A stretch of DNA of 52,623 nucleotides, counting the filler, from Stramenopiles sp. TOSAG23-3 (Eukaryota): assembly GCA_900128585.1 (NCBI GenBank). It is 4 parts of 4 records of this genome, joined end to end, with 100 filler letters (N's around TTAATTAATTAA, not from the genome) between each part and the next. Parts side by side here need not be neighbours in the genome. Positions count along the whole stretch, not along the records: positions 1 to 24,141 come from LT642310.1; 3 more parts are not named here. The stretch is one strand, 5' to 3'. A program made the position numbers and the translations under genes. Shown in pieces: positions 9,749 through 22,500 of the stretch. The stretch's first letter is position 1, and every line of letters begins with the position of its first letter. The notes under the pieces are model-generated. The model searched no databases. It saw nothing but the letters and a program-made list of their open reading frames with translations, and was not told the origin of the DNA.

Positions 9749-12028
9749 ATGCCGGGCGACAAAGAGTTTTCATTTGGAAAGCTTTCGTGCAATTTGTTTA
9801 GCGGTGGGAAAATTTTGAAGAATATTTGCTTGAAGGAAGTGAATTCGTTTTTCTTCGAAGAAGTTACAACTAGTTTGATATTAGAATATGAAGCTAAGTA
9901 TGTAATTTATTCTTTGGGCGTCAACACAGTTGAAGATAAAATAGTTCTCAAAATAGCAGAAGGTGATACCTCAGGTCCACGCCTGGGCCACTGCTATGAC
10001 GACTGCGTCGCGTTATGCCCTAGAAAGAGATTTTTGCTTCGTATGTCCAATTCTGGGCAAATTATAATACACGATTTATTGACAGCTCATATTTTTCATG
10101 ATGTACTTTTTGCCGGATTGACCAACAATTCATTTCGTTTGGGTGTAAAGTTTATAGATACATACACTTTCTTTGTTGTCACGCCGACGTCGTTAAAACT
10201 TTACAGCTATTCCCAGGAGAGCGTAAGTTGGAACCCATTTTTTTCTACAGTGCACGACATTATTCATTGGTGGCATGATCCAGAGCAGAATATTATCCTA
10301 TTGGCCGTTCGCATCAACCAAGATGTTAGTAATATCCTCGTATACGGAAATACGCCAAATGAGGGTGGGGGGATTAACCTGCTTTTGTCTTTCCAGATTC
10401 CAATAGACATGTTAACAAGTTTAGAATTTAGACACTGTGTTGAATTGTGCCATTTATATGGGCAGCTAGCATGCATATTTATTGACAAAAAATGCATGCA
10501 AATAATTGTATACATCTGCAATACTGCCACGAAGGTCGTAAATGAACTAAATTATCCTATTTGCCATGATAATGATTTTTGTTTGCTTGTTCAAGATAAT
10601 TTGATTATGACGTTCGATTTAGCAAAGCCATCGTGCAATTTGTACGACATTCGCGCAGAAAGTAAACAGCCATTATTCGTGCCGACTGATGCTGCAGCCA
10701 ATTTTGATTTTCTTGAAAAACATTCTTTGTTAAAAAAATATCAGTTATCCCCGGCGTATTTCAGTACAAAAAATTCTGTATTCGTTCATCAAAACAGTCT
10801 TGTAATTTCGATGAAAGCACAGTATGTGCTGGAAATTATTTTTATAGGTGGCCTCGTGAATACAAGACGCTGGCAATTACAGTGGAAGGAGTTAATAACT
10901 TGTGTTTATGGCAGCGAAATAAAATCAGCCTGGAAACTACTTCTCAACCGTAAAGGAGAAGTCCTAAATCGCCCAAGCGAAGAGTTAGAAAAGAAGGCAC
11001 ACGGTGATATAGAAACAAAGCAAATTCTGCTCAATCATTTGTGCACGATTGCTAATTCAGAAGAAATTTCTTTGTCGGCTATACGCGTCTTTTTCGATGC
11101 AATAAATGAAGTATACATTAGTGCATTAAAAAACTGCATTGCACAACCTAATTATTTTAGACAAATTTGGAATGCGCCTGATGTATCGGAACGGGATGAC
11201 CCCCCATATCATATCGCCCAATTCATGGAAAATGTTCATTTTCTGAGACAATCAGAATCGAGAATTTATTCTTTGTCTCGTACCCCAGACTGTGCTTTAA
11301 TGGTGTTGCAAAAGGATATTTTGTTATTTTTTTTGTTCCAACTGTACATAGTAAAGTGCAAACCAGAAAAGCTATTGACAATTTTGTGTGATTATTTAGC
11401 AAGTTTATACACAATAGGGGTTCCCATTCATTCAAATATACTGACATTTTGTACATATACACTCAGAGTACACTGGAGAGATATGCATGTTCAACAATTG
11501 TATCAGTATCATGTCCCCACTGAAAGATTAAACAGAGGACTCATTTTTCAAAATGATCAAAATTTGTCATTGGCCATGATGCAAATAGACTTTGATGTAT
11601 GTTTGCGACAACAACAAATATTGCGACTCGTAAAACTACACCTGGTTCAGGGTAGAATTCACTCAGCGATGCAATTAATTAAGCGCAATTTGGGCGTTTG
11701 TAATTTTTCGATTGCTGAACAACTTTTTGGAAGTGCAATTAATTACTTACGGCACAACTGTAGGTTGAGGCGAACTCTGACAGATGATTTTGCTCTAAAT
11801 GTTTTATTTTCTGTTTATAGTTTTTTTACCGTATTTTGTCCTTCCGCAATAGAACGTAAAGTCACTAGTCTGTTCACACAAGACAAACAAATATTGCAGC
11901 CGGGGTATGTTGGGAAGGGCTCTTATATTTCTCATCTGGCAGCTATATTCCCTTTTCCTATTGATATTTTGCACTCAGATAAATCGATAAATATGGTTCG
12001 TTCTATGTTTGGGTATATGCCTGCTTGA
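9749..12028 (+). CDS. RMC1: Regulator of MON1-CCZ1 complex (RMC1/Mic1/C18orf8-like)
   Basis: 759-aa ORF. Beta-rich N-terminal half with LYGQL and VQDNLIMTFD...LYDIR. C-terminal Mic1-like segment ILCDYLASL...QQLYQYHV resembles RMC1 VLMEYIRSL...HQFLQYHV. Confidence 0.75.
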   Translation: MPGDKEFSFGKLSCNLFSGGKILKNICLKEVNSFFFEEVTTSLILEYEAKYVIYSLGVNTVEDKIVLKIAEGDTSGPRLGHCYDDCVALCPRKRFLLRMSNSGQIIIHDLLTAHIFHDVLFAGLTNNSFRLGVKFIDTYTFFVVTPTSLKLYSYSQESVSWNPFFSTVHDIIHWWHDPEQNIILLAVRINQDVSNILVYGNTPNEGGGINLLLSFQIPIDMLTSLEFRHCVELCHLYGQLACIFIDKKCMQIIVYICNTATKVVNELNYPICHDNDFCLLVQDNLIMTFDLAKPSCNLYDIRAESKQPLFVPTDAAANFDFLEKHSLLKKYQLSPAYFSTKNSVFVHQNSLVISMKAQYVLEIIFIGGLVNTRRWQLQWKELITCVYGSEIKSAWKLLLNRKGEVLNRPSEELEKKAHGDIETKQILLNHLCTIANSEEISLSAIRVFFDAINEVYISALKNCIAQPNYFRQIWNAPDVSERDDPPYHIAQFMENVHFLRQSESRIYSLSRTPDCALMVLQKDILLFFLFQLYIVKCKPEKLLTILCDYLASLYTIGVPIHSNILTFCTYTLRVHWRDMHVQQLYQYHVPTERLNRGLIFQNDQNLSLAMMQIDFDVCLRQQQILRLVKLHLVQGRIHSAMQLIKRNLGVCNFSIAEQLFGSAINYLRHNCRLRRTLTDDFALNVLFSVYSFFTVFCPSAIERKVTSLFTQDKQILQPGYVGKGSYISHLAAIFPFPIDILHSDKSINMVRSMFGYMPA

Positions 12029-13214
12029 TTTTAACAATAAATGATATCCAACACAGCGCCAACTTAGAAGATGAACGCATCACGGGTGTTTTTAAGATCA
12101 TTAAAGACGCCGGCTATGGCGGAAAGACCATGGCCCTTGGCGACATATGGACGGATATTACTAGTGGGGAGAAGTTGGAAACCCTCACACTAGTTACAAG
12201 AAGCGTTTTTAACGTCTTGCAACACCTACAAAAGATACATTTTTTTCGTCATTGGATACCATTGGATCAAGAAAGCAAAAGCAGGGCATCAGGTATGCAA
12301 CAACCCTGAGACGGCGAAAATGGATGATGGATCATTTAGCACTCTGAATTGTAAATCAGCATGAAGGGATATTCCCGCACTACAATACCCATATGGGCAC
12401 GGCCAGTCATATCACGGGGTTAACAGGGACATCCAACAGACATGGAGGTTTAACGAAAGGTACTCACTCCTTCGAAACGCAATATCGCAGGAACTTGACC
12501 TCAGGGGAGACAACATGACATACCATCAAAAACCCACAGTATGGCAGGGGGGGTCGGAGTACGGACCTTTGGTTATTATACGATTTGCTAAGGAGTTTGT
12601 AATCTTGTTTCTGCAGCGGGTATTCTGAAAATACAGAAACTTTGATTTGTCGGAAAATGGATTGGAACTACCAAAGAAGCTTGCATAACCTGACTACTCG
12701 AAAAACAAGTAATATCAGGTGCTATTGTAAAGCAGATTTTGTCAATCTCGTTGAAATCATCAAAATCGGAGGTCTCTGTGACGGTCATTCCTTGTTTAGT
12801 GAACGAGGTGTCTACAAAGATTACTAGAGACTGTTCGCGCGAGGTGAGCTCTTTTCAGGCGGTCAAGTGCATACCGCACCGGTGCTTTCAATTTACTAGG
12901 TCTAATGCCTTCTCTAATTTTTAGATAATTCTTAATGATAACAGTTTAAAACATACTATATAATTTGTTTTTGATAACAGTTTCTTCTTTAAAAACGTAT
13001 TTACGCATTCTGATTTAAAAAAATAATTTCGGGTATGATATCTACCCTGGAGAGGAGTATCCTCTTCCTTCAGTCATCGTTGGTTGGGCTGAACTGAACG
13101 AACCAACACGCCTGGGGAAAAAAAACATCCCGTTCCCAATCAGCGGCACGCTCATGCACTACGCTATATCTCTGTCTTCTCAGATCCAGTACTCTTTTAA
13201 AAGCAGAAAATTTT

Positions 13215-14644
13215 TTACTGATTTTTACTAGCTGCAGCTCGTTGCAAAATTTCAAACTCCTCGCGGTTTTTAATTACACCTTTTGGCAAAAAACCGTGTA
13301 ACTTCGAAGCGTGCTCCTCGAGTAAACGCGAAAATCCTCGTTTTCCTCTTGCTGCCTCAAATCTTCCTTTTCTCTTGCAATTTCTTCGTAGTACATATTT
13401 TTTTTCGTAAGTCGCTGTTCTTCAATGTCTCTCACATAATTCCTCTTCGCTTCAAGACGCAATAGTACATTCTTTCTCTCACGAGCCTCATCGGCTTCAA
13501 ATTTTGCCAACATCTTTGTGCGCAGTGCCATTTCCTCTTCCATGTCCTTAGCTCGGACTTCAGCTTTAATTTTCTTTTGGTACTCATTAGCAGATATCAT
13601 TTCTGCAGTTAACCGCTTGCTTCTTAAAACCCTTTCCCTTGCTTTTCGATCATCTGCTAACGCTTTCTCTTCCTCCCACAGCATGTCGCGTAAATTATTC
13701 ATCTCTTCTTCTGCTAGGCGTTTCCTACGAGCTTCTGCTTCGATTATTTTATATTTTCGTTCTGCTTCATCAGCGGCTGCCTGTTTCTTTGCAGCCTCAG
13801 CTTGACCACGGTTAGCCATTCTTTCCGCATACTCCCTATTCTTTCGAGATTCTTGCTCTTGTCTCCTTGTCTCTGCCTCCAAGAACTTTTGTCGTTCTAC
13901 CATTGCGTCGCGAGCAAACTTTCGGGACAGTGCAGCGCGTTCTCTGCGCTCTACTTGTTCTTGTTCATCCTCTGCTGCAACTTTTCGCATAATTTCATCG
14001 ATTTGGGCTTTGTCTTTGACAAACTCTGCATAGCCTTCTTTTTCAGCCTGTTGTCGACGAAAATCCATTTGATCAAGCAGTGTACTTCGAGATTCTTGCG
14101 CAATATTCTTTCGGGCCAGGTCCTTATTATGCAACTCCAATAGAGCGAACTGACGATCTTGTTCCATTGCAGCGTCAAGGGCTGCTTCACGACGCCCCAA
14201 CTCGTTCTGAATAAGACGTTTTTCTTCCTGCTGGGCTGCCCTCTCTTGGTTTATGTAAGCTGCTTTTAATTGGTCTTGAAGCTGTCGTAATTCGGGGTCG
14301 GACTCACACAGTTGGGCAACTTTGTTTTTCCACGTCAATTGCTCGCGTTTTTTGTCTCCAATAACTTTTGCTAAAATACTTTGTTGTAGTTGATCTCGTT
14401 GTTTTCGCCTGTCGCACTCCACTCGGCTTTCGTATTCATTTTGAAAAACCATCTCTGCAGCTAGTGCCGCACTCATGTTTCTTCTCTTCAAGTTGTTCGC
14501 ACGATTCTCTCCATCAGCTTGTGCTTTTAAGTCCGAAGTCCCCTTTATATTAGAGAGTAAAGCATTTCGTTTTGCCTCCTCCAAACTTCGTTTTTGCATT
14601 TCTTCGTGATAAACACGGTGAGTTATTCGTTTTGGAACTTGCAT
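13215..14644 (-). CDS. MNS1: Meiosis-specific nuclear structural protein 1 (axonemal microtubule inner protein, trichohyalin-plectin-homology coiled coil); frameshifted at about 13328
   Basis: E/R/K-rich coiled coil with the MNS1 signature ELRQLQDQLKAAYINQERAAQ. The conserved C-terminus RLLEEHASKLHGFLPKGVIK...* is encoded in a different frame (13328 down to the stop at 13215-13217). Confidence 0.85.
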
Positions 14645-16594
14645 GGTTTTTTGAGAATTCGAGCGAGTTCTTTCACGGGAAGTATTACAAGATTTTTTGC
14701 TTTCTATCTGCTGCTAGTTGATTGCTTAATATTTGTTTTCCATGCGACTGCGGTATCCTTCAATACATTTCCGTTTTCAATTGCTGTGTGAGTATGATGA
14801 AGTAATAAAATGCAGCAAGTGCCATAGGAGCTGGACGTGAAACTGTCAGCAGTGTGAATTTTGTATAATAATATCATGAATAGAGGAGCGAAGTAAAAAC
14901 AACTCGCCCTGCGTATTCTCTTGTTTTACTTGATTACCGTTATTCTTTTTAATTAAATAATTACTTCGAATAATGAAGCATGAGAAGAGCATGAAGGCGA
15001 AAATTAAGTGCATGGTATGTGCTGCTTAAATCAAAATTACGTTCGTTTGGAAGCATGTTTCAAATAATTAATTGTCCTGAAAACTAGTGTTGTGGGCAGA
15101 GGAGTACAACCGGCGGTTCTACTGTCACTAGAATTGAAAGTGTATCTTTTCCTTAACCTTAAATAAGGTTACAGTAATAAAATCAAAGAAAACAAAGTGT
15201 GAGGTCGGTAGACGTGCGGTCAAGAACTGTACTGTAATAACTATAAATAATAATAATTTTTTAAATTTCAATAGCACAATAATTGAAATAATTAAAATTG
15301 CCTTTGTGCCATTATTAAGGTAAAACAAATTATTATCAATCATCAATTACCGGTGGTAGGTGAATCGCATTACAATTGTAGTAATACTGTAGTAATAATC
15401 TAAATCGAAGTATAGAGCTAAAATCATTCAGTATTATTTCGTCGTTTGATTTCGGTTATTAATGTTCGCTGTTTTAAGGTAAGGGGAGCAAGGGTCGTCT
15501 CCGATTTGTTTAGATTAATTTAGTATATTATGAATCTTCTTCTCAAACAACATCATTTAGCATTGAATGCAAGTCGTATTCATTTTGATCATTTATAAAA
15601 TAAAAATACAGGTAATAGCATAGTAGCAAAACATACCTTCATTCGTCGCGAAATCCAATCAATTTTTATCACTACAACTAATATTTGCGTGAGGAACAAT
15701 AATCAGAATAGAAAAATATACGTTTTTTCGCATTTTATCGAAAACGACACTTCTTGCTCCCTTCAGTTAACGTTCTATTATAATGTATTTCTATTTATAT
15801 GTCCTTACAATACCACCACTTATCTTACTATAGTGACACTCAATCACTCCCTACCTATAGATCATCTATGCAATTACCAATTACCCTTATATGATTACTC
15901 AGGAAACGAGATGAGTATATGAGATGAGTATACCAGTAACAAATCTACTGCCCCGTTACTGTGTATGATAAAAGAATTACGAGGAGTATGTACGTAGTAC
16001 GTAATTTATGAGCATACATCAAAACATCATCAGACGACTAAAAACTTACTAATGGAAATCCCATTCTAAAATTAGCAGGTGCACAGTCTGACTGTATGTT
16101 GATTTCTGGAGCCCATCACAAAAAAATAAGATTTCAGCTGCTCATTCTGCAGTGTACCATGAAGAGTTCCTCTGTTCATTTGGCACTTCTAAAAAGATTA
16201 GCAGGTTCTATTTCGTTCGACATTCCTGGAATGTAATTATTTATGTACTTTGCATAATTAATACTTTCAAGATCAGGTTGAAGAGAAACGGATCAATAAT
16301 TCCATCGCGGCGTTCGCACCAAAAATACAGTGTTTTCAACTGTAGCACCTCATTGAGCATTTGCTGTTAGGAGTACCGTAACACGATGCCGTATCAGTGT
16401 AATAGTAGTGGGAGTTAAATTCTCAGCTCGCGTGTATATTTTATTAAAGGGCTTGTGGACAAGTGATGAAAAGCAAATCAGTGTAGCAGTACCTGTAAAT
16501 GATCAATTGGGAAAGCCTTTACCAGTTTTGATAAATATACTAACCATTATTCGTAGTACATAAAACGTTATATATTTCGTAAGCTATCGTGCCC

Positions 16595-19500
16595 ATGGCA
16601 ACCAAAAGAACGTCGAAAGCTTCAAAGACGGGGACCCTGCGTAAAGAGCACAAAGTTTCACTGCCTAATACCATGAATACAGAGTATTTTCAGCCGGGGG
16701 TAAAAGTTTGGTTGGAGAATCCGTATGATGAAGGTACCAGTGCATATCGCATCAACCATCTGAGCAATTCTATATCTACGCGGCCTATGTATGTTCCAGC
16801 AATAATAACAGAAAAATTGAAACACGACAGTACAGTTGCTGTGTTAACTGAGTGGAATCCAAGGCTTAAAGTAGAGTTAGCAATAGAGTCAGTTTGGCCT
16901 ATGAATGACAAGGGTGTCAGTGTAGACGATATGGTGGATTATACGCATTTACACGAACCAGCAATCTTGAGCAACATCCAGGCACGGTACAACGATAAAC
17001 AAATATACACCAAAGCAGGTGAAATTTTAATTGCAATGAATCCCTATCAGTTGGTTCTAGATAAGCAGGGAATTGCGATATACGACCACTACTATATGGA
17101 TTTGTACAGGGAAGGAGGTAACGTTGCGATGTTAAATTCTATGGGCCATTTACAAAACAGAAATGATCGTCCGCCGCACATATTTGAGACAGCAAATGAC
17201 GCATACCGTAGGATTATATCTGACCACAAAAGCCAATCAATAATAATCAGCGGAGAAAGCGGCGCTGGGAAAACAGAAACTACGAAACAAATTATGCAAT
17301 ACGTTGCTAATTTGAGCTCTATAAACTCTACTGGACAATCTGCTCCAACGGACATAGCTTCGTCCAGAAGACGTTCCGCATCAAATCGTGATTCTGCAAA
17401 TGCAATGAATAACTCTTTAGAAGTCCCGTTAATAGAAAAGCAATTACTCCAATCTAACCCAATTTTGGAAAGTTTCGGAAATGCAAAAACTTTACGAAAC
17501 AATAATTCTAGTCGCTTCGGAAAATATATGAGGATATTCTTCGACAGAGCTGGCCGTATAATTGGGGGTTCTATTAAGCATTTTCTACTAGAAAAAAGTC
17601 GTGTTTCTGACCAACTCCAAGGTGAAAGATCATATCATTTCTTTTACCAGTTATGTCGCGGCGTAAAAGGTGATCTTAGAAAAAGTCTATTTTTAGATTC
17701 TCCAGAAAGTTTTGATTTTCTATCTAAAAGTGGAAGCCATGAAATTACGAATTCCTGCATGGGCGGAGCAAACTCTTCCGACGAGGCTGATTTTTATGCC
17801 GTGAATGAAGCTCTTAGTGTTATAGGCTTGGACGAGAACAGAATAATGCAAATATATAAAATTGTATCTATTGTTCTGCATTTGGGAAATCTAGAGTTTG
17901 TGGAAGCAGATGATTCGCACAGCTTATCAGGAATGTCCGTCAGTGGAGTTATCTCATCCAAGAAGAAAAATCTAGAAGCCGTAAGTGAACTGCTTGGAAT
18001 TGATGAGAAAATCATTATGGAATCTGTAACAACCAAACAGACAAAAGCTGGAGGGCAAGTCTTGATTTCTAAGATTGATAAGCGAGAAGCTTCGGGAGCT
18101 GTCTCCTCTTTAGCCAAGGCCCTTTATGCTCGTTTATTCTCGTACATCGTCAAAGCTATAAATGCAGGAATCAAGAAAACCGTCACTTCAGAATTACGCA
18201 CAGCGAATGATTTTGATACAAACCCTAAGTTTGTCTTTCTTGGGTTGTTGGATATTTTTGGTTTTGAAGTTTTTACAGAAGGAAATGGTTTTGAACAACT
18301 TTTGATTAATTATGCAAACGAAAGGTTGCACAACCTTTTTATCAAGCATGTGTTCCGATTAGAAGAAGTAAAATTCAAACAGGAAGGTATAGATTACAGC
18401 TCGGTGTCCTTTACGGACAATCAAACTGTAATAGATTTGATTGCAAAAAAGCCAAGTGGAATTTTTCACCAACTATGTGACGCATGCCTTTTTGGGAAAA
18501 TGTCTGATGAGACTATTTTGGAAAAAATGGCACAGAAATTTGCAAAATTGAAACCATCAAAATCCGGAATAAACCCTGCAAGTTTATTTTCGCTAGCACA
18601 CATTCGAAAAAGGGGCTGTTTTATTATAAACCACAGTGCGAACGATGTGACATACTCAATAGAAGGGTTCAGCACAAAAAACAAAGACTTTTTGAAACCA
18701 CAAATACAAATTATTTTGTCAGAAATGAGTAATCTTTCAGTTGTTAAAGAAATTTTTGAGAAAGATATCTCAAAGTCGACTGCAGCCACTAGATCAACTC
18801 TCTCTGGGGCAAACGTTATGTTGTCGTTACGTTTCGAAGAAAACATCACAAAGCTTATTGGCTTGATCGAGGAAACCATCCCTAGGTTTGTCCGATGTAT
18901 CAAAAGCAACGAATACAAACGCCCGTTTTTCTTCGATACAGCCAAAGTTTACAACCAATTGCAATATCTAGGCGTACTTGATAGTGTGCGCATTCGACAT
19001 GATGGGTATTCATATCAGAAAAGGTATCGTGATTTCTTTGAGCATTTTGTTATTGTTATCCCTGCACCCAAGGCGCAGAGAGAATTTCAACTGATACAAC
19101 CAGCTGGTGCAGACTATCGAGCTTTAAGCTTGAAAGTCATGGACATTTATTGGCGCTGGGGCAAAGAATATTCTGAAAACAAAAGTATTTTCGATATAAA
19201 AAGAAAACCATACTATATTCAATTTGGGAATACTAAATTGTTTATGAGGAAAGAATTGTCCCAAGCTTTGGAAACTTTGCGAGAGATTCGCTTGCGGAAA
19301 ATTGAAGACGCAGCTGTGAAAATACAGGCATCATATAGGATGCATTACATATCGTACAAATTGGAGAAAGTTTATTCATGCACAGGCAAGATCCAGGCAG
19401 CATTTAGAGGTATACATTACCGCAAGAAGTGGATGAAGCGAAAACACGCTATTTTGGAGATTCAAAAATGGATGAAAACAATTTTGTCTCGGAGATTGTG

Positions 19501-22500
19501 GGTAAAACAGAAAAAGTCTGTGTTAAAACTCCAGGCGTACATTCGGCGCTGTTTTGGCAGACTACGCTTTTTACGAATCCGGCGCGGTTTAAGAGTTCTG
19601 CATGGTCTATCAAGGGGGTTTATAGTGCGACGGCACGTTTTACGGATGCTTCAAGCTGTCAAAATCATTCAATTTTCAGTAAGGAAATATTTGAAAAGTA
19701 TGAGCCTCCATTGGAGAAAAGTAAGAGCTGCGTTATTTGTACAAGCGCTGTGGAGAGGTATGAGGCTAAGACAATCTCGTGAAGACATTGTAGAATATCT
19801 AGCTGTAAAACGAGATGATCGTGCGAAAATAATTGCTATCGTAAAACTACAGGGGGCATGGAAAACATGCTTAATAAAACGCAAATACCGCCAAATTGTC
19901 GAGTGCGTTTCATGCATAAACAGGTTTTTCCAGACTACCCGTCTTCGTCGAAGATTTATGAAGATTCTCTCCGCCTCCAGGCTAATTCAGCGTGTTGTAA
20001 GAGGCATGATTACTCGATTTAGAATTCGAAAAATGAAAACTATTTATGAAGTTGCAGATGAATTATGGAGGCTTCAGGTATTGCGCGAGCGTGAAGCCTT
20101 GGATCTTTTAAAATACCAGAACATCACTCTCAACGAGTATGAAAATCTTGAGTTAACGCAGCGTTCGCCATTACCATGCTATTGTGTAAATATCGACACG
20201 CACACAGATAGCTCAGAAGCTTATCCAAGTGGGTGGATAAAAAACTACCACTTATTTTTATCTAGTTTGCTTTCTGCCAACAGGCGCCCCATGCAAATAT
20301 GTGTTGGAAACAGTCATACATTATGTCTAGATACTGTTGGGGATATGTACTCCTGGGGATGGGGTGATAGAGGTCAGCTAGGTCATAATCAATACAAAAA
20401 CGAATATGCTGCTCGTAAAGTCGCATCATTTTTGAACACAACTGACCGGTCTGCTTGGCAAGGTCAAAAATTGTCACCTCTGAGAGTATTATCAACTCAG
20501 GTGGCAATTAAACAAATGGCTTGTGGGGATGATCACAGCGTCGTTTTGTCTCGAGAAGGGGTTGTATTTTCGTGGGGATCTAATCGTAGGGGGCAACTTG
20601 GGCTTGGTGTTGCTTCTAATAGCGTCGCTTCACCAACACGTGTACACTCATTAAGAACACGGATTGGAGAGGTATCATGCGGTGCGCAACATACTGTCAC
20701 TCTTACACTATCAGGTAATGTTTATGTGTGGGGTAAAGGGGAACAACTTGGCCTAGGTGTGTGTTGTCCAAATGCAGGTGACAAAAACTTACCTCAAAGC
20801 TTAAAGTCACTGAAACGCTTTAGGATACGGCATATTTCTTGTGGATTATTTAGTACATTGGTTCTGGCACACAAAGGTGATATTTATAGTTGGGGAATTG
20901 GAAAGTGGGGGCAATTGGGCCATGGGAATTTTAAAGATCGTTTTGTACCCTGCCTGATTCGTCACCTGAAAGAAGATAGCCCAGATTACGAAAAATTTGA
21001 GAGTTTGTCTTGCGGAGCCCGCCATTGCGTCGCGGCATCATCCAAAGGGCGCGTTTATACTTGGGGCTGGAACTGCAACGGGCAACTTGGTCATGGGCAT
21101 AAACATAATATTAATCTCCCCACTATGGTGATATCGCTCGAAAAAGAAAGCATCTCTCAAGTGGGTGCGGGATGGCGGCACACAGTAGTTTTGTCAAAGA
21201 GTTCAGAAAAACTGTACATTTGGGGGATCTGCAGTTTTAACAAAAATAACAAGAAAAAAGCTCATTGCAAAAACGACAAAATGTTAAATGAAAGCACAGT
21301 TCCGCTTGCAATCCCATGGAACCAGGGAAGCTATTGCACCATAAAATCAGTTACAGTTGCATGGAGCCGAATGTTAAGTGTGACATATGTCAACTGCACC
21401 CGTAACGAATCAAAATCTGGAACACATTTCACACTTTTACGGCAAATAGAAGATACCCCCGAAAAAAAGACAGGTGGTTGTAGCAAAGGTATTTTGTCTA
21501 CATCCGGAAACGCATTTATCTCGCAACAAGAGAAATACAAACAAAATAGAAGACGTCATTTTACTAGAACTGAAAAGTTTTTAAGAAAAGATTTAAAAAA
21601 TCTGTCTGTTGCACAACTATGGGATTTAGTTTTGGATATGCAAGATACCGTCCCCCATAAAATGAAATTAATTAAGACGGGCACTTCAAAAATGCATCAC
21701 ACAGACTACATTTTTAAACACAAGTCTAATGATGAGCGCACCAACACATTTAGAGTTGAGGGTATGGGCTGGAACAAAATCAGTTCTGGGGTAAATCTAG
21801 CAGGTCGCGCAAAAGAACGTGCTTGGAAACAAGTTTTTACCGCTAACGGCAATTCACGAACTCAAAATGCAAAAATCCAAACAAGAAATTATACAAATGT
21901 AACTGACTTAATAAAATTTGGCGACCATGGGAGTAACGAATCAAAAAGCACTGATCAAAAAATCAAACTTCAAAATGCTGGAGATGTAAATATGCCCACC
22001 CGGAAAGCAGGGAAAGGCTGGCGTCGTGGGCGGAATCAGCGTGAGGGATTTATAGCAGAGGGTAGAATGTTAGAATATTTTTCTCCAGAGGAACTTGTAG
22101 CAACTTCAAACGAAGATTTATCTCTTGGAGATGTTGTTGCTATGAGAATCGCAAGGGGTGTACCTCCATCTCTGCCAAAATATTATAGAAGACTTCAGAA
22201 AAACGATCTTAATGCAAAGGCTGTTGGTTCAACATCTTTAATGTCACAGAAACATCGGCAGCTTCAGTTGCTCAACTCCGCTGGCACGGTTAGAGGGCTT
22301 ATCGGTACTGGAAGGGACTATTTCCAGAAAGGAAAACACAGACGGGATCTTCACATAAAAACACTAGGCAAGTTTTCGCGGAAAACGCAAAACGCCATGA
22401 ACAAAAAGAGGGATATTGTCGATGTTTTCAGATCTCAATCCCAAGTAAAATCGTCAGCAGATTCTTCTTCAGAAATGATTGCTGGTACCTATCAGAAAAG

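Noticed and set aside
16589-16602. X-box-like GTGCCCATGGCAAC, plus GTGGCAAC upstream of ODAD1
   Set aside because: Imperfect match that overlaps the myosin start codon, and there is no evidence for RFX in this lineage.
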